Shown here in pieces: positions 27,708 through 41,180 of a DNA stretch of 64,000 nucleotides. Numbering within the stretch: the first letter of the stretch is position 1; every line of letters starts with the position of its first letter. Source of the stretch: Lytechinus pictus (lineage: Eukaryota). Location: positions 29,390,001 through 29,454,000 of the forward strand of contig NC_087245.1 of assembly GCF_037042905.1 (NCBI RefSeq), read 5' to 3'. The notes under the pieces are model-generated. The model worked only from the letters and a program-made list of their open reading frames with translations. It did not search any database and was not told where the DNA came from. Both the position numbers and the translations under genes were made by a program.

Positions 27708-28058
27708 CAGTATATGTGGATTGTGCAAAATGAACTAAATTCATGCTAATTACTTTCGATTAAAACGCATGATTTCAATTATTTTATTGGGAGAAGGGGC
27801 TATATCCAGGTACTGCGGTTGGACAAGTACTAGTGTGTGATGTACTTCCTAAATCAATTAAATCAATCTTCTCTCCATCGTAAAACGATTTCCCAAACTT
27901 CAGGACCTGAAAATAGTTTTCCTGCGAGGTTCATCATTGAATAACTTAATTTAGAAGTTGTGTCAAGACTGTCTACTTAAGGTATCAGCAAAAGCCATCT
28001 CGGACAAAAAACAACTTCGTAAAGATAGGATTGACATTATACACAGGATACAGTAATA

Positions 28059-28214
28059 CATCGGTCACATTTGCTCTACGGCGGCCATACGGCGAGTCGA
28101 AAACAGCCGTTTTAACATTTTTTGTATCAGCTACATAGGTGGTTTGAATAAAAATGAATAAAACGGCTGTTTTCTACTTGCCGTATGGCCGCCGTAGAGC
28201 AAATGTGACCGAGG
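28059..28214. mobile_element. Palindromic MITE, TA-flanked, copy 1
   Basis: ~55-bp near-perfect TIRs TCGGTCACATTTGCTCTACGGCGGCCATACGGC / GCCGTATGGCCGCCGTAGAGCAAATGTGACCGA; TA on both sides. Confidence 0.9.
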
Positions 28215-28696
28215 TATAACGATAGAGGAGTAAAGGAGTATCTTTGGAAAGGTGATGCTAATTCACTAAGCGCGCACTGAAATAAAGATAATAACATACT
28301 GATCTAACGTTTATGGTCTAGAATGTAAGTCTATCAACTTAAGTCCAGCCTAAATCTTTAGTAAATGGTAAATAATATGAATTACGATGGAGCATCATCT
28401 AATATTCCAACGTTACAAAAGTGTAATGGCAATTTATTCTTTGTAAATACTTTGATTTTCGTGATCCTTTTTTTTAAGTAGGAGATTTCCATTGAAAACA
28501 TACGCAAACAATTTCTTTACATAGGGCATCCGATTAAAATAATTTATCTGTACATCTCAAAAATGTATCATTCATATTATAATTGTTTTAGGACATACGT
28601 ATTCATACTATCTACAATATATCAATGTCGGGAAATGCTGACATGCACATTTACAAAAACATAAAAGAGAGAATGTGGTATCTATTCTGCAATCTG

Positions 28697-29000
28697 CACT
28701 CTTAAAATAGTTGGGCAAAAATGCCCAACTTTTAACCAACCCTGGGCATCATACTGTCCACACAACTGTTGGTTAAAATCTGCTCAAATTTGGTAATAAA
28801 AACTGATAATTGAGTAATAAATTTGCTCAATTGGATAATAATTACCAAGAATATATTGATTTCTTTACAAACATACATTACCAAACACGGTGGACATTAT
28901 GTTGCCCAACATTTCAAGTGTGTGTTTTGTTATATATATTTGTGGTACTCAATGCGTGGGACTACAAATTTCAGGACAGAGTTTGGCGAATTTAAACCCA
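28697..29000 (+). mobile_element. Decayed CACT-ended MITE-like element
   Basis: Begins CACTCTTAAAATAGTTGGGCAAAAATGCCCAAC with repeated CCCAAC/TTGG motifs; right end degenerate. Confidence 0.4.
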
Positions 29001-29739
29001 TTTCTTCTTTATAATTTATACATATTATGATATCTAATAAGCTAATAAAGTTCGAAGTTGATTCCGAAGGTAATGTACCAGCCCAGTAGATGTAAAAAAA
29101 ATATAACGCAAGCTATTCAAGTACGACCACCTGTCAAACAAAGAAACGAGGTCAGTGGTGTTCTTGGAGAATAGGTCTTAAGGACGCTTTCTTTCATAAG
29201 AAATTGTTTACGCCATATAATACATACAAAGACACCTGCATCTCTATGAAACAGGTGAAATGTTGATCAATCAATACAGGTACACATGGTGTAAACTATA
29301 TACATCAAGACATATCGATAGAACTATGCTAGAAGTCGACATGTTTCCTAAACTTTCTAAAAACTAATACCTGTTGGTTGGCCCGATTTAAAAGTCGAAT
29401 GTGAAAAATATTGATGTTAAATATTATTGATTGTGGTATGATATAACTATATTTCATCAAAAGTAACAATAATGATAACAGATAAACATTTCAGATCAAT
29501 TTAAATTTTATGTGAGACAGAGCCCTGGAATAAGACTATCCCTATGACTGCGGATATTGCGTTGTTGTAAAGTATGTCATGACATTATAGTTCACTTACT
29601 TCAGAACACTCCTCATGATCATGATGGGGATCGAACAAGATTGAAATAACCACAGGACTGCCACAGGGGACTGGAACTGATCCATCGCAGAACAGACCTC
29701 TGTGTCTTTTTCAACCTTGTTTCATAGATCCTCATAGAG

Positions 29740-29980
29740 CTTGCTTCTGCTTCTTCTTCTTATTTTCTTCTCCATCTTCATCTTCTTCCTCTTCTTCTTT
29801 TCCTTCTTCGTCGACTTCTTCTCCTCCTTTTTCTTCTTCTTCTTCTTCTCCTTCTTCTTCTTCTTCTTCTTCTTCTCCTTCTTCTCCTTCTTCTTCTTCT
29901 TCTTCTACTCCTTCTTCTCCTTCTTCTTCTTCTTCTCCTTCTTCTTCTTCTTCTTCTATTACTACTACTACTACTACTAC
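29740..29980. repeat. (CTT/CTC)n polypyrimidine tract followed by (TAC)n
   Basis: Direct reading; accounts for the spurious poly-Glu and poly-Phe ORFs. Confidence 0.95.
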
Positions 29981-30904
29981 TTTTTTCCAGTGAAAGTGTT
30001 GTTTCAAGGTTCTAAAATTATAAAGCACTTGCTATAAGTGTGTACGTGTGAAAATGTTTGCATACCCTTTCATGTTATATAAAATGTTTTCTTGTTGTGC
30101 AGGTTGATATGCACATGTGTAAGTTAAAGGTAAAAATAAGAAAGGTATAGAAAGTAAGAACGATCAAGCTAAAAGATAATGTCTTTTTTATAATTGATAG
30201 ATGGAATTTCGACTAGTGCAGTTACATGTATTGCACAATCACGACAACAATAAAAAAGAAATTGTTGTTAAGACTATAGGTATACATCCTGTCCTTTTCA
30301 TAGTTACTTTGCATCCTACATTTCACTACAAGATTTCATCATAAACCGTATGCCAACTTAGCATCCATATCAAGTATAGATCTCGTTGCATTCAATTTGC
30401 ACCCATTCCACATAATTCGGTCCCACCCAATTATCCCATTTTAAAATGGGAACAGTAATCCACCCTGCATGCGAGCAAAGAAGGGATAAGTTTCCTAATC
30501 AGAGAATCGATCAGATCACACTGGAGCTTGTTTTCTTTCTATTTGTGTTAATGGCCCACTTTGGTAGTGTCTTCTTACCTTACCTATTGCTGCAGTCACA
30601 TCGGTGAAGCCGATTCCATACCGGGAAGGGATCTATGTTAAATCCATTGTCAGACCATTCATCGGAGTGAAGTCAGTTTCGTTGGTGTGAGTGTAGCAAA
30701 AGCTCTGTGCATTAGCTCCACATCTAGCCATGGCGACAACATGGGAGAACAGAGAACCGAAACATGCAGAGGGTTGTAAGAGACAATTGAAATAAACCAC
30801 GGCGTAATGCTCACATTTCATCCGATAAATCTCCTGCAATGTTACAGAAACTGAACCATGCTTCAGGCTTTGCCAAAAGCTATTTGGAATTCAGAAGAAA
30901 GCCT

Positions 30905-31504
30905 AGGATGCGGCGCCAACTTCGTTTGATTTGCTCGAAAATGTGAAATTGGCACGTGCATGCTACGTCCGCGCCAAGTCCTTGTGAGGTTCACGTTGCG
31001 TTTGTGGTGTTCCCACTAAGTTCATTTCGGGCGCCTAAGTGATCCATGCTGCGTCGAAACGTTTCCCGCTACGTTCTCGCTACACAATGTATATCCAGCC
31101 GATTGCGACTTTTTGTACCTTCGTTTATTTGGACGTAGCGCCAACTGCGTATGCGTTGAGGCCGCGTAGTGGTCGTGTAGTGGCAGCACAGAAGACATGG
31201 ACAGAGTCGTTGCTACATTCTTTCTTTGTCCGCTATGTCTATGCTACTTCGATGGACCTGTTAGTAGGTCATAAGATGATCCTGACTGCGTCATTAATAC
31301 GCACTGTTCAGATGGCGCCCCCGTTACGTAGACTTTGGACATGTTAACAGTCTGTGTAGCGGAAAATGGGTCTCCAGAGATCATGCCACGTCAATAGTAG
31401 TTCTTGGTACGCTCTCAGTACGCTGTAACAGTTCCCACTGCGTCATGGCCATGTATCTTTGGCGCAGCGAGAACTGCATGGACGTAGCGTTGGTGTAAAG
31501 GGGG
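30905..31504. mobile_element. GC-rich terminal fragment of a Harbinger-like DNA transposon
   Basis: Many CTGCGT/CTACGT/ACGTAG subterminal motifs, ending GTGTAAAGGGGG|TA; other end not found. Confidence 0.5.
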
Positions 31505-31545
31505 TATTGTCAAATCATGATATCAAAGATATAATTTATTCCTTG

Positions 31546-31683
31546 AATGCTTTCGCGCCTATATGCGGCTCAGCTACAGCCGGGGTAATAATATGATACC
31601 AAGTCTCAAGCGCAGGAGAGTATTGTAATTAGTGTAGCTGCGCTACATAAAATTGGAACATAATAAATATCATTATTATTATT
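31546..31683 (+). mobile_element. 3' end of an L2-type SINE/LINE
   Basis: AAGCGC...GCGCTACATAAA stem followed by an (ATT)n tail; AGCCGGGGTAATAAT resembles the tail side of the 15666-15926 SINE. Confidence 0.5.
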
Positions 31684-32073
31684 CATTGTGTTCAAACTAA
31701 GAATATTACTCCCCTGTAGTGACGATCACGCAAGATATAGACGCGCACGCACAGTGTATGCGCTAGCAGTAAAACTTTGCGCAAAATAAGTGCATAAGTG
31801 CATTGCCTCTCGATTGTTTCGTTGTGACAGCAAAATTCCTATGTGAGGTCGTAATAAATCTTGCTGGAGCAAGATCTCAGCTGCTTGCGCACAGTTTACA
31901 TATAGGCGCTAGCATTAAAACAAGCATAATAATCTCGATGGATTTTGTTTTGAAAGGAAACCTTGATTATTTTTTCAAATCAATTTTTTCTTATAGAGAC
32001 GTATTGATATCGGTTTCTTTGTTTATAGTGGTTCCCGATGTGGAATATAACTATATAATAACTTCATAATTTC

Positions 32074-32194
32074 AGGTGACGAGGCAAACTATATTCCTCG
32101 GCAAGCTGGATATACTCGCTATCTTTCATCAGCTTTGCTTCGGAAAGATAGCTACATCCAGCATGCCTCGAAAGTGATAGTTTTCCCATTACCT
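32074..32194. mobile_element. Hairpin repeat, Crypton/Eulor-like
   Basis: Arms AAACTAT..GGCAAGCTGGATATA..GCTATCTTTC / GAAAGATAGCTACATCCAGCATGCC..ATAGTTT; family assignment is by architecture only. Confidence 0.5.
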
Positions 32195-33233
32195 TCACCA
32201 ATGGTGATTATTTGCTCATTTCATTTTGTAACATTTCCTTTCTAACATATCCAATTGAGAACAATCCACCGGGTACATATTTGTTCTTGTTTGATCTTCT
32301 GGTATACTGCTCGACTGAGCAATCTGGAAAAACAGATATCCGAGAAAATCTGCGATCAGGTTCCGAACAAAAGGAAAGCCTCGCTTGGAGCAAAATCAGT
32401 TTTTCATCATCCAAATGGAAGTAAATATCACCTGCCATCTCCTTTGCTCATGAACACGTGAAGTCCTTCAGCTTGTGCCAGTGAACCACAGCTCAGAAAA
32501 AAGTTAAAACAAACATCAAAAGATAGACTGAAGAAATCACTTAAATATCTCTTGCTCGAACAACCACGGGGAGTTATGTTTATTTAAGTCAAATAATACC
32601 CCTTTTTTACTTCTCTTATTTTGAGGGAGTCTCTGCAGGAGAGATCTCGACCTGAATTCGAGAAATTTCAATTGCTTAAGGAAATGCCATGATGGACAAA
32701 TTCTATCTTTTAATTGCCATGAGACGAGGTGGAAAATATCTGGGGTCCTTTTGTTTTTTTCTCGAGCCAGCTTGCACTCGCCTGATCTGATTGACATCTT
32801 AATATGGCTGTATTTTCATGGCTGATTGGATGAAAAATAGCCCCAATCTGGTAGGCAGGTGTATTTACGTGAAGTTTGCAAAAATATGAAAAATGGATGA
32901 TGTAGCATGAATTTAGTATTTGAACGGTTATGCTTCTATTTAGCACGCAAGAACTGAAGGGCCAAAGTGCGTCGACCTCGCGCCTGAATCTCAATTGACC
33001 TTACCCAATCAAGTACTGATATTAGGAAGAGGGCAATATTCTACGAAATTGCACAAAGCCAGATATGAAATTAATATTTGAGAAGAATGCGCAATAAAAT
33101 TTTAGATTATCGAAGAAACAAAATGTTGTACAGCTTTTATGAATTCAAGATCGTTGTATGTCCATATCATACAAAATACACAATTTAGTTCTTGGGACAG
33201 TTGAGAGTGTTGTCGACGACCTCTTTGTGCCAC

Positions 33234-33550
33234 TAGCGTGTTTTCACACCGCCACGCTGAACAAATTAAAGGACACAGTTTATGTATTGATTAGGCCCGC
33301 CAAGAGACAATGGACAGCTGGGAGGTCTTTGTCGAAAATTGTTGAACCGGATCAGCAGATTCCTCTTAAGTTTCGAAGCTAACGAATAATTGCAGATATG
33401 TCGTTTGTACACTGTCAAGGATGAAACTGGTGTTTTGATTCACCGCTTTTCGACAAAGACTTCTTAATTTTTCTTTGTCATGAATGGCATTAGACAATAC
33501 ATTTTCTGTGTTGTTGAACCCTCCATACGTCGCGGAGCAAAATCACCCTG
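33234..33550 (+). mobile_element. Old AGGGAG-ended MITE with 132-bp central palindrome, copy 1
   Basis: Core 33327-33458 aligns without gaps to 46187-46318 and to the reverse complement of 52983-53114; flanks are also homologous. Confidence 0.8.
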
Positions 33551-34440
33551 CTGATGGTTCACTAAGGACAAGATTGGTGGAGCAAATCATACTCTCTCTC
33601 TCTCTCTGAGCATATGTAAAACCTATACTGACCTAACTCCTTCCCATATACAAGATCAGTGATTGACAAAGCATTTGATGAAGTTGTGCCGTGGTGAACT
33701 TATTTTGCATGTTCGGTATTGTCATTAACACACGAAATCATTCAATGTTTAAAAATTGTCTGCAGTATATGGGAGCCGATGTTGAATGGGTAGGCTTCAG
33801 AAGGTACATTTTGGACGATTGTGTATAGGTAAACGGTATAGAGAGGCAATAAATAGGTAAATTCTAAAGAACCACCTTTTTATGTCAAAGGCAAGACTTG
33901 TTTTGTATGCATATTTCTTTTCAATCGATTTAATAACTACATTTAATTATTTCAACATTGCAATAAACCAACATGCTCTAAAAGAATACATCAGAATTTG
34001 TTTACGACGTCCCGCTTCAGCTTTACACTGTTTGCATGTATGCCTATTAGAGCATTGGTAATAAAATACATCTAAAACCTTTAATCCGTCTTTACTATAG
34101 ATATCTGGAAACAAGATCGCATTTCATATTTAATTCTATGCTGCGTAGTTCTGTAACTGATATTAAAGTTGTTGTGGGGTTTTTTTGTCATAACCTAAAA
34201 GCCCCAAAGGGCAGATTTCCGTTCTTTTCTACCATAAGCTCTTGAACTACAAGAAATATTTTCTGAATTAGTAATAACGGTACACAGATCTAATTTCCTA
34301 TGTTATAATCTCCTCTACTATCTATTCCAGTCAATACATCTGAATAAATGAGATCATTCTGACGGTAACTGGTGATTTGTCGGATGTTATGACTCGATAA
34401 AGAGAGTGATAGTGTGCCGTCATTATAGGTTGACTATATA

Positions 34441-34597
34441 CCTCTGTCACATTTGCTCTACGGCAGCCATACGGCGAGCCGAAAACAGCCGTTTTAACAT
34501 TTGTTGGTTAGCTACATATAGGTTGTTTGAATAAATATGAAGAAAACGGCTGTTTTCGACTCCCCGTACGGCCGCTTTAGAGCAAATGTGACTGAGG
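34441..34597. mobile_element. Palindromic MITE, TA-flanked, copy 2 (family of 28059-28214)
   Basis: TA|CCTCTGTCACATTTGCTCTACGG ... AGAGCAAATGTGACTGAGG|TA; internal sequence matches copy 1. Confidence 0.9.
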
Positions 34598-34700
34598 TAT
34601 TATTCTCCCTCATTACATGTTGGGGATATGGTTAATGACCACGGTATCGAGAAACTAAATGATAATTATTAGACCTTGCTTGGTTCCCGTTAGGAGACAG

Positions 34701-35344
34701 GGACCAGTGATCTGAAGCCCGGTTTAACTTGAACCATGGTCACAGTCTTGACTCAAGTTGTGGGAAGCTGGAACTCCTGGAAGTGTCAGGAATTAGTTTA
34801 CAATGGCACGTATTCTGAAGTCGGGTTTAAATTAACCCTGGTTTAAAGTTGTGGTTTAACTATGGAGAGCCAATGAGGCACAAACCCCTAAGAGTACACA
34901 TTCAAAATAATTAACTCTTATGACACCCAAATTGTCTGCGAATGACAACTAAGTATTTTGAAGAATTTTTCTTCATTATGAAAGCAAAATAAAACAAAAT
35001 AGTAAACATAAGAAATATACAATATAAACATCTTTTTTTTTTGCTTTCCATAATTTTAGCACAGAGTTAGACCGTGGTCTTAGTTAAACCTGACTTCAGA
35101 ATACAGCTAATGTATCTTGGGTTTTACAGGGCTTCTTGTGTTTACAGGGCTTGTTCCTCTGTCTTGAGGATGAAGAAAACTATCGTATGTAATATCGTTG
35201 GTCATAACATTAATGATATGAATGCCAAATGTGATGATAAACCTATTATTTAATTCTTAAAAGATTGGTATCACATTTTGCTCCCCTTATTTCAAACTAC
35301 AACTTTAGACCATGGTTTGAATTAACCCAGGGTTCACAATACAG
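34701..35344 (-). mobile_element. Older GTATTCTGAA-type MITE, interrupted by a related element
   Basis: TCTGAAGCCCGGTTTAACTTGAACCATGGTC on the left and GACCATGGTTTGAATTAACCCAGGGTTCACAATAC on the right are inverted. Confidence 0.65.
34805..35108 (+). mobile_element. Harbinger-like MITE, 3-bp TSD AAT
   Basis: AAT|GGCACGTATTCTGAAGTCGGGTTTAA ... TTAAACCTGACTTCAGAATACAGCT|AAT; relative at 55903-56180. Confidence 0.8.
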
Positions 35345-36631
35345 AATAAATTAATTTTGTTAATTTCAAGAGCAGATATAGATTATATTTCCTTCAATTC
35401 AATGATTATCACTGTTTAATAATCGAATAAATCACAAAAATACTACACCGCAATTTTTGGATTTAATTATAAGAATGCCTATATAGAAATTGGGAATTTC
35501 ATGTTGTTATTCTAAAAAGGCCTTTTTATGTTAACAAGACCTTAAAAATATTAAAGTTGGAGGAAATCGTGATTACTGAAAAATATCAATGGACAACAAT
35601 CATTGTAGCAAGTATTGCTCCAGATTATATGTTTACTATACAGTGAAAAGGGGATATGGGATGAATAGTACTAGTGATATATGTATTACAGAGAGATCCA
35701 TTATTATAGGATCTCAGAGCACAACATACGCATTCTTCAAGTAATAAAATTATATTCTGATAGTAAAAGTCAATCGTTTAGACAAATCAAACTATCAAAG
35801 GGACGAAAAGTCTTACGAAACTTATTTAAACCAAGCAACAAAAAATTATATCACATGTCATTTTCATACATCAATGCATTTCTTCTGATTTTTGATGGGC
35901 ACTCGAAATACAAGAAGCAGTACTACGATCTTCTTCAATCTGTTCATCGAAATAAATTCTCGAAAGGTATTTAGAGACACCACAACGCGGTTTTAATTGC
36001 TAAGATTGCGGTTAATGCACGATCGCAACGCACCGAAGGCTGGCCGCACGCTGGGCGGAAAAATTCCCCGATAGCTCCACCCGACGGGTGTCGGGGTTCA
36101 TCGCTGTGGCTCCTGGGCTCTTTGGTTTCTCTTCTCATGATACTCCAAAGCCATTTTGATGTCTCTGTCACCAGCTTGACATATCCGATTCATCATCCAG
36201 GATCTCGGGTTTGAACAATAATCCTAACATCTTCAGTAGATTTCTCTTATGAAAGTTTTATTTTAGAAATACGATAGCGGACATCGCAGTAAAAGAAACC
36301 ACTGCACTCTGTTATTAAAAAAAGAGTAAATACCCAATCTGATTAATTTGCATGTATAGATCTATTCTGTGGATTAGTTTAGCTCGTTACTTATGTCATG
36401 GTAACCATGCTTACTTTGTAGTTGGCTTGTACATTCTATGGATCTACATACTTTTTACATTTTACAAATTTTCTTAACAAATCCGAATCGGCTATCGTTA
36501 TGGAACATAGAAAAACTGGATTAAATCCAGAGTAAGATTTTAAGATTCAAATTCACTTAATTAATAATAGTATAGTAGTAGTAGTAGTAGTATCATGATT
36601 TTGCTCTAGATATCTGATTTGAATGATAATA

Positions 36632-36770
36632 CAATTATTGACTAGCTCTCCATTCGGGGAACATCAAAGATATTGCCCTTAAAAGACCCATATTGCCCTC
36701 GTATCGGGCCAATATGATTCTTTTGCAGGCAATATATTTGATGTTCCCCTCAAGGCCAGCCATAATTATT
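36632..36770. mobile_element. Hairpin repeat, Crypton/Eulor-like
   Basis: GGGGAACATCAAAGATATTGCC..AAAAGA..CATATTG / CAATATG..TCTTTT..GGCAATATATTTGATGTTCCCC around a CCCTCG-TAT-CGGG apex. Confidence 0.6.
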
Positions 36771-37263
36771 ATTATTAGTGTGTATCGTCCTCAGTATCAT
36801 CATGACGGTAATCTTCTTAGCATACTCTCATTACTTATCTTTTTTCACATTTGTTTCTTGTCATTGCTTCTTTACTGATTTTGTGCAAGTGTTTTCATCA
36901 TTTTTTTTTCTACCATCCGGTAAAAAAAAGATACATGTGCAAATTCACATGCATGTCCATATATCTATTTGCTATTCCATCTTGTCTATCTAAATCCAAG
37001 AATGCATAGACCACATTGTCAATGCTACATAGTTACATCTGGTAACCATGATTTGATAATCGGGAATATAATTCAAGCAGGATCTTTTTTGTGTGTCTTG
37101 TTTTTCTTCTCTTACGATATAGCCACGTTTCCCCGTCGGAAATAGTCTGCAGTCCCTGTCTCACCACTCATCCTGATTATATCATGATTTTCTTGCTATG
37201 TCATTCAGCTGTATCTGTTAGCCTGCTTTCCTCTCCCTCTCCCTCCTTCTTCTACGATAATGT

Positions 37264-37443
37264 AGACCCGGAAAACGTAACACAAAGATACGTAACACAA
37301 AGATTAGCGATCAATCGCTAAATGAACCGACCGATCAAGATCTTTGTTACACGCGCATTTGGCTTATCATACTGACCAGTAACCAATCAGAAGTGTTCTT
37401 TCATATTTGCTATTCATCGCAAAGCTTTGTGTTACGGGGCCCT
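37264..37443. mobile_element. Harbinger-like MITE (TAACACAAAG TIR family), copy 2
   Basis: CGTAACACAAAGAT (duplicated in tandem) ... CTTTGTGTTACGGGGCCCT. Confidence 0.65.
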
Positions 37444-40400
37444 GGTAAGGAATTTTAACGAAGGCTTGCAGATCAGGCGGATTCAATAAAACAAATCTTG
37501 GAGATACTAATTAGAATTTAACATAAGTCTATCATCATGTTCCATTTTCATGTTTTTTCCTAGCCAGGTTATCAGGGGAATTACAAGTATACATTAGTTT
37601 TCATTGCGGGTATTGAAATGTTTGCCATCCTCGTCAGACAATATCAAGGATAAACTCTACGAAATACGACAAATTACACGGTATGCTCTCTGGAGTCCAT
37701 TAAAACTAAATATTCAACAGTTAAGATTGTTTTTTTTAAGTTATGAAATATTTCATAATTACTTTGAATAAAGATATGATGGTATGTTTTAAGGTTTTCT
37801 TTTTAACAGATCAGAATAAACCATTATACGCATGTTTTATCTGCAAGTTTATGTTCGAATTAGGTTACCATGTAAAAAGTTAAAAGACGAGAGTTCCGTA
37901 AGGAGCTGATATCGGTCCATTTCCTTTTGTCTGGTTCAGAATACAACAGATTGCCAATTTCTTTTACGATTTTCATAATCCAAAAACTACTCTTCCATGT
38001 GGAACTATTTCCCTTTCAAGTTTGGAGAAGATACGTTATCTGTAATCAAATTAAATATGGTGAGTTGACGAACCACTTTTCTTTTACTCCCTCTTTTCTC
38101 CCGATTCGCTTTGATGCAAACATTTCGGAATGATGTTAATCAGGCTTCATGTCACAAATTATGAGTCCTCAATTACTCGAAGAATACGGGGCGTTTCCTT
38201 GTCGATAGCGCACAACTAATGAAAGCTTAGCCAATTATCGTCTGACATTACAGAATCTAGGATTACCAATTACAGAGGAGTAGAATCTCCTTGGCAGGTG
38301 CGAATTAATCCTAGAGAAGATATCCCGTCTTGATCCGGAAGAGAAATCAGTGTTTCTTCTAAAGCAATGATAACATACTGTCTTATCTGGCTGGGATGTG
38401 TAGAATTGTTGGTCAATCTCGTTATCTTCCAGCGCATGTAATATATATGATTATTTCACTGACGCAGAAGCCTTTTAAATATTTTGTTTAGTTTCAAAGA
38501 AATGAATATTTCAAAGTAACTTCAGGAGCTCCCCTTATCATGCTAATAGCCAGTGTGTGTGTGCGTCTGCGCTGTTTTTAACTTATCTTTAAATTATATT
38601 AGATACCAATAATTTAACAAGGGAACTCCCAAAAATCATGAAAAGGAAGAAAATTACTCCATGAGTTGGCTGAATCTTCTTTTACAATGTAAGATGCAAA
38701 ATGAAGAGATAGTTCAAGAGTAAATAATACATCATCGCACATATGTCCATATGTGTTGCTAGGTCAGATTGTGACCATTATTTTAAAATACATTAAAGCA
38801 ATCATAGCGCATGTGAAGGCACTATTTTGTAATGGCCTTTATCGAAAGTTGTGGTAAAAGTACACTATAACCGATTTTCATCGCGGTGAAATGGATGGAA
38901 TGCTTTTAAAGGGTCACGAGCACTTGTTATATCCTGCAGCTTGTCATCAATCGTCACTGCCGCCAGGTACCCATGAGGGGGACAAAATCGAGACTCGCAC
39001 GTGTCGCCGTCATTAGCATTTAACACTGAAAGCCTGCAGGGATAATCTTGACAAAAAGAAGGGTCTGAATGATAGAAACAGATCGCAGATGATTTCTTTT
39101 ATGGAGATGGGTGGTCAAAATATCGATACGATTCCAAAGTCTCACATCTCATAATAGTGAAGAGTTTGGAATGAAGGACACATTGATACAATATTGAACT
39201 TATTTTTCAGATACTACATAATCTTAGTATATACATTTGTTTTCGAAATATGATTGAACCACAATACTTATTATTTCTTGTTTATATCCGTAACATTATA
39301 ATCGTGTAAGGTATCAGTACAGAACCAACTGCAAATAACGTCATCATAATGATGACGTAAACAAAATATTTAAAAAGAATGAAAGTAATCATGGAAAATA
39401 TCATCAACTTGTTTTTTTTATATATATATGTACTTCATACCGAATGCTCAATACTTAAAATATCCAGACCCGAAAAACCTCAAAATTAGTCTTAATGAGA
39501 CTCTATGTGATTGTGACCTGTACATATGAAGAAAAAAATAAATAGGAATGGATTGAATACGAAGAAAAATCTATGACTGGATTGAATTCCCTTTTCTTCT
39601 AAAACGTTTATTCGTTTCTACATAAACAATATTCTTAGGAGAAACCCCATGGGTATCCTTGATCTACTGATATTTATAATTTCCGAGCGTTTTTGCAGGC
39701 CTGGGTAGTGATGATTTTGTCTACAAAAGGAAGAGAGCACCCTGTGGGAAGAATCTCATATTCTGTCAAGGCTTTGATTTCATCCTATAAAAGCATTTTC
39801 GGCGTAATGTTTGCATGACGGTCAACCGTGATTTTCTTCATCAGAATAGGAATATACGCATATCAGGTTTCTTTCATTGTCGTTTCGTATTATTATAACA
39901 GGCTTTGATATAGGGATAGTCGTAATTTGACTCCACTGTCTACTTCAAAAAGAACATCAGAGTTACGTATCCCAATTTAGACATCAGCTATTCTTAAAGT
40001 GTATCTTCACGGTACATGAATGTCCTTTGAATAAATTAACATCTGTCACGTTTTTTCTCATCTCTTAAAACGTGTATTCCAATCGATTCAGTATCAGTTA
40101 AATTGCCCACAATGAGAGACGTGGTCACATTTTTTTCACTACTCAATTATTTAGACGTTGAATTGATTTATTTGATATAAAGAAAACTGCATATATGAAT
40201 AAATAAATGATATATTCAATAATTATTAAAGAAGAGCTTTTAATCAATTGAAATTGTTATTCAATGGAATCTTTAATGTAATTAAATGCAAATATAAAAT
40301 AATATTTTAAGGATATACTTAATGTTTTCAAAAAATAATTTTTTTGCCCGACATAGCAACAGGCATTGCATCTATCAAGAATGTCATTATAAATCTAAAA

Positions 40401-40797
40401 CATTTTTTTGCGACGGAGAGTAAGATATCAATTTCCACACCATGAGCGTCCATCCATGGAGTCGTGATGTCGCTGTGAATCAATTCTTAAGTTTTCTGAG
40501 TCTCAGGAAACAAACTATAATCTTACAAGGAAATATGCACCTGTTCTTTCGCCGGAACAAGTCACGTGATGTACCATCGCAGGTGTAAGACCCAATATTG
40601 CAAATGGATGCTGGAAATAGGATTACCAACAACTTCATCTCAATCGAAGTAGTACAAGAAGTGGGATTGGTGGACCCAAGTATGGCCAGCAGTAAACTCC
40701 TCTTTTTTCTGTCTGTCTCTCTCTCTCCCTCCCTCTTCTTCTTAATCTTATCTTTATATTTTTCTTCTACCCCCTCTCTCTGCCTATTTTTCAAGTT

Positions 40798-40910
40798 CGT
40801 TCTTCTTCTTCTTCTTTTCCTACTTTTCCTTCTTCTTCTTCTCCTCCTCCTCCACCTCCTTCTTATTCTTCTTCTTTATCTTCTTCTTCTCCTTCTTCTT
40901 CTTCCTCTTC
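40798..40910. repeat. (CTT)n-type polypyrimidine tract
   Basis: Direct reading. Confidence 0.9.
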
Positions 40911-41148
40911 ATTTTTCGACATATATCTACACATATTTACGTTCATAGTTCCCACATTGATGATATCAGGAACGAACTCCGATTCCAATTGACAAGCAAG
41001 CGAACCCAGATTCTTTGAAAATGTTCCTTTTGGGGGGAAAACTGATAGAGGGGACATTAATAATTTTACAGATTTTTCATTCATTATCATTTCGAAGTTT
41101 TTGGTTTTTTTTACAATTCTCTTTTATATATATATATGTATATACATA

Positions 41149-41180
<32 letters not shown>

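Noticed and set aside
29732..30037. Poly-Glu / poly-Phe ORFs
   Set aside because: Artefacts of the (CTT)n tract.
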